A stretch of 64,000 nucleotides of DNA from the NCBI GenBank assembly GCA_016872175.1, contig VHBA01000002.1:14517-78516 (forward strand). The letters run 5' to 3'. Below, in pieces: positions 45,733 through 57,853 of this stretch. The DNA is from Sphingomonadales bacterium. GTDB taxonomy: Bacteria > Bacteroidota > Bacteroidia > NS11-12g > UBA955. Below the pieces are notes generated by a model, which ran no database searches, was not told the DNA's origin, and saw only the letters and a program-made list of their open reading frames with translations. Each line of letters begins with the position of its first letter. The first letter of the stretch is position 1. The position numbers and the translations under genes were made by a program.

Positions 45733-47640
45733 TTACTTGACGCTGGGTTGTTTGTTGAACCACTTGTTTTTTCGCACATTGTGCGTAAAAAGTTGCACAT
45801 GGGCCTTAAGTGTAAGAAGCAATGAATCATATATTTCGCCCTCCTTCTTCAACATCACAGGCTTTTTCCGGTTCCTGTACTGCAGGTGAAAATCCTTTAC
45901 ACTGCCATCCGCTTCTATCCCAAGTGCATAAGGATACCTTATTATGTAATAAAGATTTTTCTCCTTGTGCATGCTGTAGCCTGAATAGGCAGAGTCAAAA
46001 GGGTTTTTACCAAATCCGTAAAACTTGCCCTTAACACTCGTTAAATCCATAACAGCAGGCACTATATCGCATTGAGAAACGGTTTTGTCAATTACCTTTG
46101 GTTTAATTTGCTTGCCGTATATGAGCAGTGGAATTTCAAAATGGCCGCCGGGGCTGTAGAAATAATCTTCCTCCCCATAGCTGGTGTGGTCACCGGTTAT
46201 CACAAACAAAGTGTTTTCAAACCACGGATATTGCCTTGCTTTCGCAAAAAAGGATTGTAGTGCATAGTCGGTGTAGCGGATGCTTTTGTGGATAGGTAAT
46301 TTCCCTTTTGGAAACTTGTTTTCCAAATGCGCAGGTACTGTGTACGGATGGTGCGAAGACAAAGTGAATACAGCATTGAAGAACGGTTTTTTCATTGTGT
46401 CGCAGCACGTTAAAAAATACTGCATATAAGGCTCGTCAAAAATGCCCCAGTTGCCGTCAAAATCCCGGTTATAATCTTCCTGCGGGTATTCATTGCGTCC
46501 AAAGTACTGCACCTTGCCGGTTTGTTGTAAAAAGCCCTGAAAAAACATGGTTCCGTTTGCCGCTCCATGAAAAAAAGCCGTGCTGTATCCGGCTTTGCTG
46601 AATACGTTGAAGGCATTTTCCATGATGTTACCGGCATAACCACTGTTTAAATAGTGTGTTTCAATCAAACCGGGCATGCCACAAAAAATACTGGGTACCA
46701 TTTCCATGCTGCGGGTTCCATTGGCATAACAGTATCTGAAATTAATGCAATGCCTGCTAAAACTGTCTAAAAAAGGAGTGTATGGTTTGCCGTTCAGAAA
46801 TCCGGTGTAATCGCGGCCCAGGCTTTCAACTATAATTAATACAATGTTTTGTTTTTGCCGGGTTGGAATGCTGTTTTCATTTGAAAATATGGGTTTTACA
46901 ATTTCTTCGGCAAGTTTTAAATCCATGAGTTTTGTTTCAGGGACCTCCTCGCCACCGGGCATCGATATTATGTTTAATGGTGTACTAATAGTCAAAAGGG
47001 TTAGTTCAGGTTGCACATAGAGTCCGGCATGAAGCGTGCACAATGGTTTTAGGTGAAATCCGCCCCGGGCACTGAAAACCCATAATGAAACAAATGTTAA
47101 TAATACCAGCAATGCCCTGCGCCATTGTGCCCTGATATCAGTATATACTGGCTGACCTCCCTGAGGTGTAAATCTGTAAATAAGTAAAAAGATAACTATG
47201 ATCAATAATATTGCATGCCAGTATTCCCAAATGTATTGTGTGGTAGAATTGGCGGGGTCAGATAGGATATCAAAAAGTTCTGCACCACTCCTTCGACCGG
47301 AAATACGGCTGTAGGCGGTGTCTATTCCATTCAATATTAAAATGGGACTTGCACCTAACAGCATTAGTAGCCTGGCCACCCATAAGTGCCGGGTAGCGCG
47401 CGATGGAAAAAAAATCATCCAAATCCATAGCGGAAGTAAAAAATAAGCTAGCAGAGGCAGATCAAAAAAAACACCCCATAGCATTCCTTTCAAAACTTCA
47501 TATTTTTCGGCGTCGGCAAAAATTTCCTGATTGAAAATGCCCCAGTAAGCCCTGGAAAGAGACATTATCAACAAGGCAAAACTGACCTGTCTTACAACCG
47601 TAAAATGAAAAATGTATTTTATCAAGCTTCTCAATCTCAA
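45733..47640 (-). CDS. LTA synthase / sulfatase family membrane protein
   Basis: N-terminal transmembrane segments, RGG, NIVLIIVES, TPFLD, TLSSHHP, YTD and TGDH. TTG start at 47640 is inferred from the promoter motif. Confidence 0.88.
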   Translation of the reverse strand: MRLRSLIKYIFHFTVVRQVSFALLIMSLSRAYWGIFNQEIFADAEKYEVLKGMLWGVFFDLPLLAYFLLPLWIWMIFFPSRATRHLWVARLLMLLGASPILILNGIDTAYSRISGRRSGAELFDILSDPANSTTQYIWEYWHAILLIIVIFLLIYRFTPQGGQPVYTDIRAQWRRALLVLLTFVSLWVFSARGGFHLKPLCTLHAGLYVQPELTLLTISTPLNIISMPGGEEVPETKLMDLKLAEEIVKPIFSNENSIPTRQKQNIVLIIVESLGRDYTGFLNGKPYTPFLDSFSRHCINFRYCYANGTRSMEMVPSIFCGMPGLIETHYLNSGYAGNIMENAFNVFSKAGYSTAFFHGAANGTMFFQGFLQQTGKVQYFGRNEYPQEDYNRDFDGNWGIFDEPYMQYFLTCCDTMKKPFFNAVFTLSSHHPYTVPAHLENKFPKGKLPIHKSIRYTDYALQSFFAKARQYPWFENTLFVITGDHTSYGEEDYFYSPGGHFEIPLLIYGKQIKPKVIDKTVSQCDIVPAVMDLTSVKGKFYGFGKNPFDSAYSGYSMHKEKNLYYIIRYPYALGIEADGSVKDFHLQYRNRKKPVMLKKEGEIYDSLLLTLKAHVQLFTHNVRKNKWFNKQPSVK

Positions 47641-47742
47641 GTCTGATGCGAAATTCTGCCGTTTTGGTAACACAAATTTAATATTATTTAAGGGTATTAA
47701 GAAAATTTTACTTACAGTGTTGGTTTTGCGAAAAAATAGCTG

Positions 47743-47750
47743 TATTTTTG
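47743..47750 (+). promoter_or_regulatory. Bacteroidota -7 promoter element of the ribosomal superoperon
   Basis: TATTTTTG matches TAnnTTTG, 22 nt before the rpsL ATG. Confidence 0.7.
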
Positions 47751-47772
47751 CTGCCCTTTTTGAGGAAATAGT

Positions 47773-48150
47773 ATGCCTACTATTCAACAGTTAATACGCA
47801 AAGGTCGCCAGGAGACGCTCTGGAAGAGTAAGTCCCCCGCCCTAGATTCATGCCCCCAGCGTCGTGGTGTTTGCACACGTGTTTACACAACTACGCCCAA
47901 AAAACCTAACTCTGCACTTCGCAAAGTGGCCCGTGTTCGTTTGAGCAATGGTAAGGAAGTCAATGCCTACATCCCCGGTGAAGGTCATAACCTTCAGGAA
48001 CATAGCATCGTGCTGGTTCGCGGCGGTAGGGTGAAAGATCTTCCCGGTGTTCGTTACCACATCGTACGCGGTGCGCTCGATACAGCCGGTGTTGATGGAC
48101 GTAACCAGCGCCGCTCCAAGTATGGTACCAAACGCCCCAAGAAAAAATAA
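47773..48150 (+). CDS. rpsL: 30S ribosomal protein S12
   Basis: Motifs [11 protein letters not shown] and DLPGVRY. Confidence 0.98.
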   Translation: MPTIQQLIRKGRQETLWKSKSPALDSCPQRRGVCTRVYTTTPKKPNSALRKVARVRLSNGKEVNAYIPGEGHNLQEHSIVLVRGGRVKDLPGVRYHIVRGALDTAGVDGRNQRRSKYGTKRPKKK

Positions 48151-48184
48151 GTACAACACTATAAAAAGGTATTCCCGACAGACC

Positions 48185-48655
48185 ATGAGAAAAACCCGCG
48201 CTAAAAAACGCATTCTTCTGCCCGATCCGAAGTTCAACGATACCGTTGTAACACGTTTCGTTAATGGCCTAATGTATGACGGTAAAAAGTCGCTTGCATA
48301 CAGCCTGTTTTACGATGCTTTGGCAATAGTTGAGAAAAAATCCCCCGATGAGCCCGGATTGGAAACCTGGCGCAAAGCATTGAATAATGTAATGCCTACC
48401 GTGGAAGTTAAAGCCCGCCGTGTAGGTGGTGCTACTTTCCAGATTCCTACCGAAGTTTCTCCCCGCCGCCGCACCGCTGTAGGTATGAAGTGGATGATTG
48501 GCTATGCCCGCAAGCGCAACGAAAAATCAATGGCAGAAAAACTGGCCGGAGAAATTCTTGCTGCCTCCAGAGGTGAAGGTGCCGCAGTAAAGAAAAAAGA
48601 AGACACCCATAAAATGGCTGAAGCTAACAAGGCATTCTCGCATTTTAGGGTCTAA
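48185..48655 (+). CDS. rpsG: 30S ribosomal protein S7
   Basis: Motifs [11 protein letters not shown] and [14 protein letters not shown] at 48185. Confidence 0.98.
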   Translation: MRKTRAKKRILLPDPKFNDTVVTRFVNGLMYDGKKSLAYSLFYDALAIVEKKSPDEPGLETWRKALNNVMPTVEVKARRVGGATFQIPTEVSPRRRTAVGMKWMIGYARKRNEKSMAEKLAGEILAASRGEGAAVKKKEDTHKMAEANKAFSHFRV

Positions 48656-48680
48656 TAAATCATAGAAGAGAAGAAGATTC

Positions 48681-50816
48681 ATGTCACGCGACCTTAGATA
48701 CACTAGAAACATCGGTATTGCCGCTCACATCGATGCCGGTAAGACCACAACCACAGAACGCATTCTTTATTATGCGGGCGTGAACCACAAGATTGGTGAG
48801 GTGCACGATGGTGCTGCCACCATGGACTGGATGGTTCAGGAGCAGGAGAGAGGTATTACCATCACTTCAGCTGCTACAACTGTAAAATGGAACTATCCCA
48901 CTACAGATGGACGTCCCAATGCAGATACCAAAGAATATCACATAAACATTATCGATACCCCCGGTCACGTTGACTTTACCGTAGAAGTAAACCGCTCACT
49001 CCGTGTGCTTGATGGTCTGGTGTTCCTTTTTAGTGCTGTTGACGGTGTTGAGCCACAGTCTGAAACCAACTGGCGCCTAGCCAATAACTACAACGTTGCC
49101 CGTATCGGTTTCGTTAATAAAATGGACCGCGCCGGTGCTGATTTTCTTAACGTAGTAAATCAGGTGCGTGATATGTTGGGTAGTAATGCAGTTCCCCTGC
49201 AACTTCCCATTGGAGCCGAAGACAATTTCAAAGGTGTTGTTGACCTTATTAACAACCGCGGAATGATCTGGAACGAAGCAGACAAAGGTATGACCTATCA
49301 GATAGTTCCCATTCCTGCTGAAATGGAAGCTGAAGCCAATGAGTGGCGTGAAAAGTTGCTTGAGGCTGTTTCCGAATACGACGTGACCCTGATGGAGAAA
49401 TTCTTTGAAGCTCCCAACAGCATCACAGCAAGAGAAATTCTTAATGCACTCCGTCAGGCTACCCTGGAAATGAAAATCGTTCCTATGGTTTGTGGTTCAT
49501 CTTTCAAGAACAAAGGTGTTCAAACCATGCTGGATTTGGTTATGGAATTGATGCCCAGTCCGCTTGATAAGGAAAACATTAAAGGTACCAATCCTGATAC
49601 AGAGGCTGAAATTACCCGTAAGCCTTCTTACAATGATCCTTTCAGTGCGTTGGCGTTCAAAATTGCTACTGACCCTTATGTTGGCCGTCTGGCTTTCATG
49701 CGTGCGTACAGTGGAAAGTTAGATGCTGGTTCCTACGTGCTTAATACCCGCAGTGGTAACAAAGAGCGTATCAGCCGTATCTTCCAGATGCATGCCAACA
49801 AACAAAATGCAATTGAATCTCTCGGTGCCGGTGATATCGGTGCTGCAGTTGGATTTAAAGATATCAAAACCGGTGACACCCTTTGCGATGAGAAGCATCC
49901 TATTGTGCTTGAATCTATGGTATTCCCCGATCCGGTTATTGGTCTTGCTATTGAGCCGAAAACACAGGCAGATAGTGATAAACTGAGTACTGCTCTTTCT
50001 AAACTAGCTGAAGAAGATCCTACTTTCCGTGTTCAAACCGATCAGGATACAGGCCAAACAATTGTTTCCGGTATGGGTGAATTGCACCTTGAAATTATTG
50101 TTGATCGTTTGAAGCGTGAATTCAAGGTTGAATGTAACCAGGGGGCGCCTCAGGTTGCTTACAAAGAAGCTATCACCCGCAACTTTACTCACCGTGAAGT
50201 GTACAAAAAACAAACAGGCGGTCGTGGTAAATTTGCCGATATTCAGTTTGAACTCGGTCCTGCTGATGCTGATTTCAAAGGCGAAGGACTTCAGTTTGCC
50301 AATGAAATTGTAGGCGGTTCTATTCCCCGTGAATTCATTCCATCGGTTGAAAAAGGATTTAAAGCAGCCATGCAGAATGGGGTATTGGCAGGCTATCCCA
50401 TCAGCTCTATTAAAGTTCGTTTGTTTGATGGTTCATTCCACCCCGTTGACTCTGATTCTCTGTCATTCGAAATAGCTGCCAGAGGTGGATTCCGCGAAGC
50501 TGCCCGCAATTGCGGTCCTGTTCTGCTGGAACCAATCATGAAACTGGAAGTTGTAACTCCCGCAGAAAATACAGGTGATGTTATGGGTGACCTTAACCGT
50601 CGCCGCGGTCAGCTGGAAGGTATAGACGAGCGTGCAGGTTCACAGGTTGTAAAAGCTAAAGTTCCTCTGAGTGAGATGTTTGGTTATGTGACCACACTTC
50701 GCACAATCACATCAGGCCGCGCAACTTCAAGTATGGAATTTAGTCACTATTCAGAAACTCCTCGCAACATTGCTGATGAGGTATTGAAGAAAGTTAATGG
50801 TGCCGCAAGTAAATAA
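48681..50816 (+). CDS. fusA: Elongation factor G
   Basis: Motifs [23 protein letters not shown] and GMGELHL. Confidence 0.98.
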   Translation: MSRDLRYTRNIGIAAHIDAGKTTTTERILYYAGVNHKIGEVHDGAATMDWMVQEQERGITITSAATTVKWNYPTTDGRPNADTKEYHINIIDTPGHVDFTVEVNRSLRVLDGLVFLFSAVDGVEPQSETNWRLANNYNVARIGFVNKMDRAGADFLNVVNQVRDMLGSNAVPLQLPIGAEDNFKGVVDLINNRGMIWNEADKGMTYQIVPIPAEMEAEANEWREKLLEAVSEYDVTLMEKFFEAPNSITAREILNALRQATLEMKIVPMVCGSSFKNKGVQTMLDLVMELMPSPLDKENIKGTNPDTEAEITRKPSYNDPFSALAFKIATDPYVGRLAFMRAYSGKLDAGSYVLNTRSGNKERISRIFQMHANKQNAIESLGAGDIGAAVGFKDIKTGDTLCDEKHPIVLESMVFPDPVIGLAIEPKTQADSDKLSTALSKLAEEDPTFRVQTDQDTGQTIVSGMGELHLEIIVDRLKREFKVECNQGAPQVAYKEAITRNFTHREVYKKQTGGRGKFADIQFELGPADADFKGEGLQFANEIVGGSIPREFIPSVEKGFKAAMQNGVLAGYPISSIKVRLFDGSFHPVDSDSLSFEIAARGGFREAARNCGPVLLEPIMKLEVVTPAENTGDVMGDLNRRRGQLEGIDERAGSQVVKAKVPLSEMFGYVTTLRTITSGRATSSMEFSHYSETPRNIADEVLKKVNGAASK

Positions 50817-50824
50817 ATAAGAAA

Positions 50825-51133
50825 ATGTTAAGCCAGAAGATTCGCATAAAATTAAAGTCTTTCGATCACAGCTTGCTCGATAAAAGCGCTGAGAAAATTG
50901 TGAAGGCCGTGCGCACTACCGATGTAGTGGTGAGTGGACCGGTTCCTCTTCCTACACGAAAGAAGATATTCACCGTGCTGCGTTCACCACACGTAAACAA
51001 GAAAGCACGTGAACAGTTCCAGTACTGCACGTATCAGAGACTGATTGACATTTATAATGGCTCTACTAAAACAGTAGATGCTCTCATGAAAATAGAACTG
51101 CCCAGCGGGGTAGAAGTTGAAATCAAATTGTGA
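50825..51133 (+). CDS. rpsJ: 30S ribosomal protein S10
   Basis: Motifs [10 protein letters not shown] and LRSPHVNK. Confidence 0.98.
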   Translation: MLSQKIRIKLKSFDHSLLDKSAEKIVKAVRTTDVVVSGPVPLPTRKKIFTVLRSPHVNKKAREQFQYCTYQRLIDIYNGSTKTVDALMKIELPSGVEVEIKL

Positions 51134-51141
51134 TTTGAACC

Positions 51142-51768
51142 ATGGAAGGATTGATTGGAAAAAAACTCGGAATGACCAGCATCTTTGATGCTGATGGCCG
51201 CAAGGTGGCTTGCACCGTAATAGAGGCCGGTCCCTGTGTAGTTACGCAGGTAAAAACCCAGCAAAAAGATGGATACAGTGCTATCCAGATGGCTTGGGGT
51301 GAGAAAAAAGAAAAGAATGCTGGTGCTGCCCTCAAGGGTCACTGTGCCAAGGCTAATACGGAAGCTAAGAAATCGTTTATCGAGTTTCGCAACCCCGATG
51401 AAGCCGAAGCTGCTGCTAAACTGGGAGACGTATTTGACGTTTCTATCTTCGAAGAAGGCCAGTTTGTAGACGTAATCGGAACTTCAAAAGGTAAGGGCTT
51501 TCAAGGAGTTGTAAAGCGTCACGGATTTGCCGGTGTGGGTGAAGCTACCCATGGTCAGCACAACCGTCTGCGTGCTCCTGGTTCAATTGGAGCTTGTTCG
51601 TTCCCTGCACGTGTATTTAAGGGAATCCGCATGGCAGGCCAGACCGGTAATCGCCGAGTTAAAGCAGTTAACATGCAGGTACTTCGCATCGTTGCCGAGC
51701 AAAATTTATTGTTGGTTAAGGGTTCCGTACCCGGCCATAATGGTGCCACCTTAATAATTGAGCGTTAA
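51142..51768 (+). CDS. rplC: 50S ribosomal protein L3
   Basis: Motifs GKKLGMT and [13 protein letters not shown]. Confidence 0.98.
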   Translation: MEGLIGKKLGMTSIFDADGRKVACTVIEAGPCVVTQVKTQQKDGYSAIQMAWGEKKEKNAGAALKGHCAKANTEAKKSFIEFRNPDEAEAAAKLGDVFDVSIFEEGQFVDVIGTSKGKGFQGVVKRHGFAGVGEATHGQHNRLRAPGSIGACSFPARVFKGIRMAGQTGNRRVKAVNMQVLRIVAEQNLLLVKGSVPGHNGATLIIER

Positions 51769-51770
51769 CC

Positions 51771-52397
51771 ATGAAAGTGAATGTATTAAACAAACAAGGT
51801 GCTGATACAGGAAGGACTGTGACCTTATCCAAAGATATCTTTGGTATAGAGCCCAATGATCATGCTATTTGGCTGGATGTAAAACAGTTTCAGGCAAACC
51901 AACGTCAGGGTACACATAAAACCAAAGATCGCTCTGAAATTTCACGCAGTACACGTAAGGTTTTTCGTCAGAAAGGTACTGGCGGAGCCCGTCATGGTAG
52001 CTTAAAATCAGGTATCTATGTAGGTGGTGGTCGTATTCATGGTCCACGTCCTCGTGATTATTCTTTTAAGCTGAACAAAAAGTTGAAAAAGTTGGCTCGC
52101 TTGAGCGCCCTGTCCTATAAAGCGAAAGAAAATAATATTCTTGTTGTAGAGGATTTTGAAATGGCAACACCAAAAACTGCCGAATTCAAAGGTTTCCTTA
52201 ATGCACTCAATATCAATGCCCGTACATTGTTTGTGACTGCCGAAACCAACAAAAACATTTACCTCAGCGGAAGAAATATAGAAGGTAACACTGTGATGAA
52301 AGCTGCCGATATAAATACCTATCAGGTTTTGAAAGCCGGTAAGCTTATTCTTACAGAAGGAGCATTAACCAAATTAGAAGAATCAAATAAACAATGA
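51771..52397 (+). CDS. rplD: 50S ribosomal protein L4
   Basis: Motifs RQGTHKTK and [11 protein letters not shown]. Confidence 0.98.
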   Translation: MKVNVLNKQGADTGRTVTLSKDIFGIEPNDHAIWLDVKQFQANQRQGTHKTKDRSEISRSTRKVFRQKGTGGARHGSLKSGIYVGGGRIHGPRPRDYSFKLNKKLKKLARLSALSYKAKENNILVVEDFEMATPKTAEFKGFLNALNINARTLFVTAETNKNIYLSGRNIEGNTVMKAADINTYQVLKAGKLILTEGALTKLEESNKQ

Positions 52398-52678
52398 TAC
52401 TCAAGAAGCCGTTGATTACTGAAAAAATGACCGCTATCATGGATAAGCGTGGTCAGTATGGTTTCGTTGTAGACAAGAAGTCTACCAAAGACGAAATCAA
52501 AAAGGCCATCGAAGATTTCTATGGTGTGGAAGTTGCATCAGTAAACACAATGATTGCAAGGGGGAAAATGCGTCGCAACAGACGCACTGGCCAGATCTCC
52601 GGTTATACCAATGGGTATAAAAAGGCCATCGTGACGTTAAAAGAAGGTTTCAACATTGACTTTTACGAAAACATCTGA
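52394..52678 (+). CDS. rplW: 50S ribosomal protein L23
   Basis: Motifs PLITEK, VNTM and KKAIVTL. Confidence 0.97.
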   Translation: MILKKPLITEKMTAIMDKRGQYGFVVDKKSTKDEIKKAIEDFYGVEVASVNTMIARGKMRRNRRTGQISGYTNGYKKAIVTLKEGFNIDFYENI

Positions 52679-52680
52679 TC

Positions 52681-53520
52681 ATGGCAGTTAAACGTTTAAA
52701 TCCAACAACGCCCGGTCAACGGTTTCACATTGCAAATTCATTTGCAGAAATCACTACAGACAAGCCGGAAAAATCCCTGATTATTCCTATTAAGAAATCA
52801 GGCGGTAGAAATAACCAGGGTCGTATGACTATGCGCTTCATTGGTGGCGGACACAAGCGCCGTTACCGTATGATTGACTTCAAAAGAGCTAACCATGGAG
52901 TTGCCGGCGAAGTTCTCAGCGTGGAATATGATCCAAACCGCAGTGCCTTTATTTCACTAATTCAGTACAAAGACGGTGAAAAGCGCTACATCATTGCACC
53001 AAACGGAATTAAAGTAGGTCAGAAAATCGAACAGGGACCCGGCGTTCCACCAGAAATTGGTAATGCGCTTCCTATGTCAGAAATTCCACTGGGCTCTCTG
53101 ATTCACAACATTGAAATGGCTCCAGGTCAGGGTGCTAAAATTTGCAGAAGTGCAGGTTCTTATGCCCAGCTGTTAGGTCGCGAAGACAAATATGCAACCA
53201 TCAAATTGCCTTCAGGCGAATTAAGAAAAGTTTTGTCTGCATGTTTGGCGACTATCGGATCTGTTAGCAATAGCGAACATAACCTTTTGCGCAAGGGCAA
53301 AGCAGGACGTAGCCGCTGGATGGGTATTCGTCCCCGCACCAGAAGCACAGCCATGAACCCGGTAGATCACCCAATGGGTGGTGGAGAAGGCCGCAACAAG
53401 GGTGGACAGGCTCGTTCAAGAAACCTGATTTATTCACAAGGTCAAAAAACACGTGCGCCCAAGAAGGCCACAAGCCGTCTGATTATCGAACGTAGAAAAA
53501 GTAAGAGGAACAGCAATTAA
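52681..53520 (+). CDS. rplB: 50S ribosomal protein L2
   Basis: Motifs [16 protein letters not shown] and [13 protein letters not shown]. Confidence 0.98.
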   Translation: MAVKRLNPTTPGQRFHIANSFAEITTDKPEKSLIIPIKKSGGRNNQGRMTMRFIGGGHKRRYRMIDFKRANHGVAGEVLSVEYDPNRSAFISLIQYKDGEKRYIIAPNGIKVGQKIEQGPGVPPEIGNALPMSEIPLGSLIHNIEMAPGQGAKICRSAGSYAQLLGREDKYATIKLPSGELRKVLSACLATIGSVSNSEHNLLRKGKAGRSRWMGIRPRTRSTAMNPVDHPMGGGEGRNKGGQARSRNLIYSQGQKTRAPKKATSRLIIERRKSKRNSN

Positions 53521-53532
53521 TAACTAAAGAAA

Positions 53533-53790
53533 ATGGCAAGGTCAGTAAAAAAAGGCCCATTCGTAGACTATAAGTTGATGCGCAAGGTTACCGTTCTTAA
53601 TGAAGGTAACAAAAAATCAGTTGTTAAAACCTGGTCGCGCCGCAGCATGATACTCCCCGATTTTGTGGGGCACACATTCGCAGTGCACAACGGAAATAAA
53701 TTCATCCCGGTTTACGTAACCGAGAACATGGTAGGCCACAAGTTGGGCGAATTTGCTCCAACCCGCACATTCAAAGGGCATAGCAAATAA
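53533..53790 (+). CDS. rpsS: 30S ribosomal protein S19
   Basis: Motifs KTWSRRS and [11 protein letters not shown]. Confidence 0.98.
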   Translation: MARSVKKGPFVDYKLMRKVTVLNEGNKKSVVKTWSRRSMILPDFVGHTFAVHNGNKFIPVYVTENMVGHKLGEFAPTRTFKGHSK

Positions 53791-53808
53791 TAAGGGAGAA
53801 GAAACAAA

Positions 53809-54174
53809 ATGGAAGCAAAAGCAATTTTGAGAAACTGCCCTCTTTCACCCCGCAAGATGCGCATGGTGGCTGATTTGGTTCGTGGTCAGAAAGTAGAACG
53901 TGCTCTAAACATCCTTCAGTGGAATCAGAAACCCGGCTATGCCCTGTTTCTGAGTAAATTGATTCGCAGTGGTGTTGCCAACTGGAGTCAGATAAATTCC
54001 GGTGAGAGAATTGAGGATAGTGATCTGTATGTAAAATCAATTTTGGTAGATGGTGGTGTTACCATGAAGCGTCTCCGAACGGCTCCTCAGGGTCGCGGAT
54101 ACCGTCAGCGCAAGCGCAGTAACCACGTAACTATTGTAATTGATACTGTAACAAAAAGTGAGGTAAATAACTAA
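53809..54174 (+). CDS. rplV: 50S ribosomal protein L22
   Basis: Motifs [14 protein letters not shown] and RKRSNH. Confidence 0.97.
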   Translation: MEAKAILRNCPLSPRKMRMVADLVRGQKVERALNILQWNQKPGYALFLSKLIRSGVANWSQINSGERIEDSDLYVKSILVDGGVTMKRLRTAPQGRGYRQRKRSNHVTIVIDTVTKSEVNN

Positions 54175-54175
54175 T

Positions 54176-54928
54176 ATGGGACAAAAGGTAAACCCAATAG
54201 GATTGCGTCTGGGTATCATACGTGGTTGGGATTCCAACTGGTATGGAGGAAAAGACTACGGTGATAAACTGGTTGAAGACGAAAAAATCCGCAAATATCT
54301 GCGTGTGCGCATACCCAAAGGCGGTATTGCTAAAGTTGTAATTGAGCGTACACTCAAACGTATCACTATTACCATTCATACTTCACGTCCCGGTATAGTT
54401 ATCGGACGTGGTGGTCAGGAAGTAGACACCATTCGTGAGGAAATCCGGAAGATTACCGGTAAGGATGTTCAGATCAATATCAACGAAATCAAAAGACCTG
54501 AATTGGATGCTCGCCTGGTAGGTGAGAATATAGCTCAGCAGATTGAAAATCGTTTTTCCTACAAGCGTGCTGTTAAAAATGCAATTCAAAGTAGCATGAA
54601 AATGGGCGCTGATGGAATCAAGGTTAGAATTAGCGGTCGTCTTAACGGTGGTGAAATCGCTCGTTCTGAAATGTATAAAGATGGTCGTACTCCGCTGCAT
54701 ACGCTTAGAAGCAATATTGATTACGCAATCGTAGAAGCTCAAACAGTGTATGGCAAAATTGGTATCAAGGTTTGGTTGTGTCGTGGTGAGATCTATGGTA
54801 AAGTTGACCTTGCACCTCAATTGGATACAGAAAGAAAACGCGACGGTGCAAGAGGAAGAGATGACAGAGGCAGAGACCGTGACAGAGGTCCTCGCCCGGG
54901 TGGTGGTGATCGTCGTAAGCGTAAATAA
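54176..54928 (+). CDS. rpsC: 30S ribosomal protein S3
   Basis: Motifs [19 protein letters not shown] and PLHTLR. Confidence 0.98.
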   Translation: MGQKVNPIGLRLGIIRGWDSNWYGGKDYGDKLVEDEKIRKYLRVRIPKGGIAKVVIERTLKRITITIHTSRPGIVIGRGGQEVDTIREEIRKITGKDVQININEIKRPELDARLVGENIAQQIENRFSYKRAVKNAIQSSMKMGADGIKVRISGRLNGGEIARSEMYKDGRTPLHTLRSNIDYAIVEAQTVYGKIGIKVWLCRGEIYGKVDLAPQLDTERKRDGARGRDDRGRDRDRGPRPGGGDRRKRK

Positions 54929-54950
54929 TAATAATTAAAAGAAAGAAACG

Positions 54951-55376
54951 ATGCTTAGCCCAAAAAGAACCAAATATAGGAAACAGCAGAAAGGCCGTGT
55001 AAAAGGTGTGGCCACCCGTGGTCATCGCGTCGACTTCGGTAGTTTCGGACTGAAAAGTATGGAACCCCATTGGATTACAGCCCGACAGATCGAAGCAGCA
55101 CGTATTGCTTTAACCCGCTATCTTAAGCGTGAAGGACAGGTTTGGATCCGGATTTTTCCGGATAAACCCATAACCAAGAAGCCTGCTGAAGTACGTATGG
55201 GCAAAGGTAAAGGTGCACCAGAATACTGGGTAGCTACCGTTAAACCCGGAACTATCATGTTTGAGGTAGGTGGTGTGCCGCTGGAAACAGCCAAGGAAGG
55301 TATGCGTCTGGCTGCCCAAAAATTGCCTGTAACTACAAAGTTTGTCGTACGCCCAGATTTCGCCGAGGAGGCATAA
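54951..55376 (+). CDS. rplP: 50S ribosomal protein L16
   Basis: Motifs QIEAAR and RMGKGKG. Confidence 0.98.
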   Translation: MLSPKRTKYRKQQKGRVKGVATRGHRVDFGSFGLKSMEPHWITARQIEAARIALTRYLKREGQVWIRIFPDKPITKKPAEVRMGKGKGAPEYWVATVKPGTIMFEVGGVPLETAKEGMRLAAQKLPVTTKFVVRPDFAEEA

Positions 55377-55378
55377 TT

Positions 55379-55615
55379 ATGAAAAACGAAGAAGTAAAAA
55401 GAATGTCCAATAAGGAACTTGTAACAGCGTATAAAGAAGAACGTACGCGCTACCAAAGGATGAAGTTCCAGAATACAGTTTCTCAAATTGAACAGCCACA
55501 CAAGTTGTCAATTTCACGTAAGAATATCGCAAGAATGCTTACCGAGTTGAACAACCGCCGCATTCAGGCCGAGTTGACTGCTTACATGAAAAAGAATAAC
55601 GGAGAGAATAACTAA
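55379..55615 (+). CDS. rpmC: 50S ribosomal protein L29
   Basis: RKNIARMLT and its position in the S10 operon. Confidence 0.93.
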   Translation: MKNEEVKRMSNKELVTAYKEERTRYQRMKFQNTVSQIEQPHKLSISRKNIARMLTELNNRRIQAELTAYMKKNNGENN

Positions 55616-55875
55616 TGGAAACAATAAGGAATTCACGGAAAGAAATTACCGGCACGGTAACCAGCACCAAAATGGATAAAACCATTGTTGTTGCGGTTGT
55701 TCGTAACGTGAAACACCCCAAATATGGTAAGTATTTCAAAAAGACCAAGAAATACACAGCACACGACGAAACCAACCAGTGTGGTGAGAACGATATCGTT
55801 CGCATCATGGAAACCCGTCCGATGAGCAAAACCAAACGTTGGAGATTGGTCGAAGTAGTAGAAAAAGCTAAATAA
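55615..55875 (+). CDS. rpsQ: 30S ribosomal protein S17
   Basis: Motifs [14 protein letters not shown] and RPMSKTKRW. Confidence 0.98.
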   Translation: METIRNSRKEITGTVTSTKMDKTIVVAVVRNVKHPKYGKYFKKTKKYTAHDETNQCGENDIVRIMETRPMSKTKRWRLVEVVEKAK

Positions 55876-55876
55876 C

Positions 55877-56245
55877 ATGGTACAACAGGAATCAAGACTA
55901 AAAGTTGCTGACAATAGCGGTGCGCGTGAGGTGCTTTGCATAAGAGTGCTCGGTGGCTCAGGCCGTCGCTATGCTTCAGTAGGCGATAAAATTGTAGTAA
56001 GCGTAAAAGACGCTATGCCAGGTGGAGGCATAAAAAAAGGCGCCGTATCTAAAGCTGTGGTTGTGCGTGTTAAAAAAGAAGTACGCCGTCCTGATGGATC
56101 TTATATCCGTTTCGATGAAAACAGTTGTGTTCTGCTGAATGCTTCAGACGAACCCAGAGGCACCCGTATCTTCGGCCCCGTAGCCAGAGAGCTTCGCGAC
56201 AAGCAGTTCATGAAAATTGTTTCACTTGCACCAGAAGTGCTTTAA
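55877..56245 (+). CDS. rplN: 50S ribosomal protein L14
   Basis: Motifs VADNSGA and [10 protein letters not shown]. Confidence 0.98.
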   Translation: MVQQESRLKVADNSGAREVLCIRVLGGSGRRYASVGDKIVVSVKDAMPGGGIKKGAVSKAVVVRVKKEVRRPDGSYIRFDENSCVLLNASDEPRGTRIFGPVARELRDKQFMKIVSLAPEVL

Positions 56246-56251
56246 TCAATA

Positions 56252-56578
56252 TTGAAAGTGTCAAAAATTAAATTGCATATCAAAAAAGGGGATACCGTTA
56301 AAGTTATCGCCGGCGATGACAAAGGGAAAACAGGTAAGGTTCTCAAGGTAATGGTAGCTGACAACCGCGCATTGGTTGAAGGATTAAATATTGTAACCAA
56401 ACACCGCAAACCTACCGCCCAAAATACAAGTGGCAAAATTGATAAGGTCGAGGCACCAATCCATATTTCCAACCTAATGGTTGTTGTGGGTGGTAAACCA
56501 ACCCGTATCGGAAGAAAGTTGAATGATAGCGGTAAACTTCAAAGAGTAGCCCGTAAAACCGGAGATTTTATTAAATAA
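56252..56578 (+). CDS. rplX: 50S ribosomal protein L24
   Basis: Motifs IKKGDTV and [11 protein letters not shown] start. Confidence 0.96.
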   Translation: MKVSKIKLHIKKGDTVKVIAGDDKGKTGKVLKVMVADNRALVEGLNIVTKHRKPTAQNTSGKIDKVEAPIHISNLMVVVGGKPTRIGRKLNDSGKLQRVARKTGDFIK

Positions 56579-56589
56579 GAATTAGAAAA

Positions 56590-57141
56590 ATGAGCTATAA
56601 ACCACTTCTGCAAACCCGCTACGAAGAAGCCGTAGTGCCGGCTCTTAAGGAGAAATTCGGTTACAAGAATGTAATGGAAATGCCCCGTTTGGTAAAGGTA
56701 AGCCTAAACCAGGGTGTAGGTGCTGCAGTGAATGATAAAAAACTTGTAGATGCCGCTGTAGATGAAATGACCAAAATATCCGGTCAGAAAGCACAGGCAA
56801 CCTTTTCACGGAAAGCTATTTCAAACTTCAAATTGAGGGAGAATATGCCTATCGGCGCCAGGGTTACCCTGCGCAAGGAAGCTATGTATGATTTCATACA
56901 TCGCCTAATCAGTATTGCACTTCCCCGTGTTCGTGATTTTCAGGGATTGAATGTGAAAGGTTTTGATGGCCGGGGTAATTTCAATATGGGCATCACCGAA
57001 CAAATCATTTTCCCTGAAATAGATATCGATAAAGTAAACAGAATCACCGGAATGGATATCACCATCGTAACCACAGCAAAAACAGACGAGGAATGTCTGG
57101 AATTGTTGAAATTGATGGGTTTCCCCTTTAAAAGCAAATAA
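56590..57141 (+). CDS. rplE: 50S ribosomal protein L5
   Basis: Motifs [10 protein letters not shown] and FDGRGN. Confidence 0.98.
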   Translation: MSYKPLLQTRYEEAVVPALKEKFGYKNVMEMPRLVKVSLNQGVGAAVNDKKLVDAAVDEMTKISGQKAQATFSRKAISNFKLRENMPIGARVTLRKEAMYDFIHRLISIALPRVRDFQGLNVKGFDGRGNFNMGITEQIIFPEIDIDKVNRITGMDITIVTTAKTDEECLELLKLMGFPFKSK

Positions 57142-57146
57142 TATAC

Positions 57147-57416
57147 ATGGCAAAAGAATCCATAAAGGCAAGACAGCGTAAACGTGAGGCACTAGTGGCC
57201 CGCTTTGCTGAAAAACGCGCCGCACTGAAAGCAGAAGGTAATTACGAAGCTTTACAGCGTATTCCAAGAAATGCATCTCCTGTTCGTTTGCGCAATCGCT
57301 GCAAACTCACAGGTCGTCCAAGGGGCTACATCCGCACTTTCGGCATCTGTCGTAACCAGTTCAGATTGCTGGCTAGCGACGGGAAGATTCCAGGTGTAAC
57401 TAAATCAAGTTGGTAA
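57147..57416 (+). CDS. rpsN: 30S ribosomal protein S14 (long, C- type)
   Basis: [14 protein letters not shown]; 89 aa. Confidence 0.97.
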   Translation: MAKESIKARQRKREALVARFAEKRAALKAEGNYEALQRIPRNASPVRLRNRCKLTGRPRGYIRTFGICRNQFRLLASDGKIPGVTKSSW

Positions 57417-57434
57417 TAATTAAAGAAGAATAAA

Positions 57435-57833
57435 ATGACCGATCCAATATCAGATTTTCTCACCCGGTTGCGCAATGCCATGAAGGCCAAGCACAGAATT
57501 GTTGAAATTCCTGCCAGCAACTTAAAAAAGGAAATCACCCGTGTTTTGTATGAAAAAGGTTATATCCTGAAATACAAGTTTGAAGATTCATCGAACAAAC
57601 AGGGCGTTATAAAAATTGCCCTTAAATATGATCCTGTTTCAAAAGCCAGTGCTATACGTAACTTGTCAAGAATTAGTACGCCGGGTCTTCGTCGCTATGC
57701 CAATGTTGATAGTATGCCCCGTGTACTCAACGGACTTGGTGTTGCAATTCTGACTACATCCAAAGGAGTGATGACAGATAAAGAAGCCCGCACACAAAAT
57801 GTTGGGGGTGAGGTATTATGTTACGTATCTTAA
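57435..57833 (+). CDS. rpsH: 30S ribosomal protein S8
   Basis: Motifs DPISDFLTRLRN, STPGLR and GGEVLC. Confidence 0.98.
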   Translation: MTDPISDFLTRLRNAMKAKHRIVEIPASNLKKEITRVLYEKGYILKYKFEDSSNKQGVIKIALKYDPVSKASAIRNLSRISTPGLRRYANVDSMPRVLNGLGVAILTTSKGVMTDKEARTQNVGGEVLCYVS

Positions 57834-57853
57834 AAATAAAATAAACAAATAAA

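Noticed and set aside
48681-51133. Missing tuf between fusA and rpsJ, and no map or adk after secY
   Set aside because: This gene order is ordinary for Bacteroidota.
54830-54928. Arg/Asp-rich low-complexity tail of S3
   Set aside because: Variable charged C-terminal tails are common in S3 proteins.
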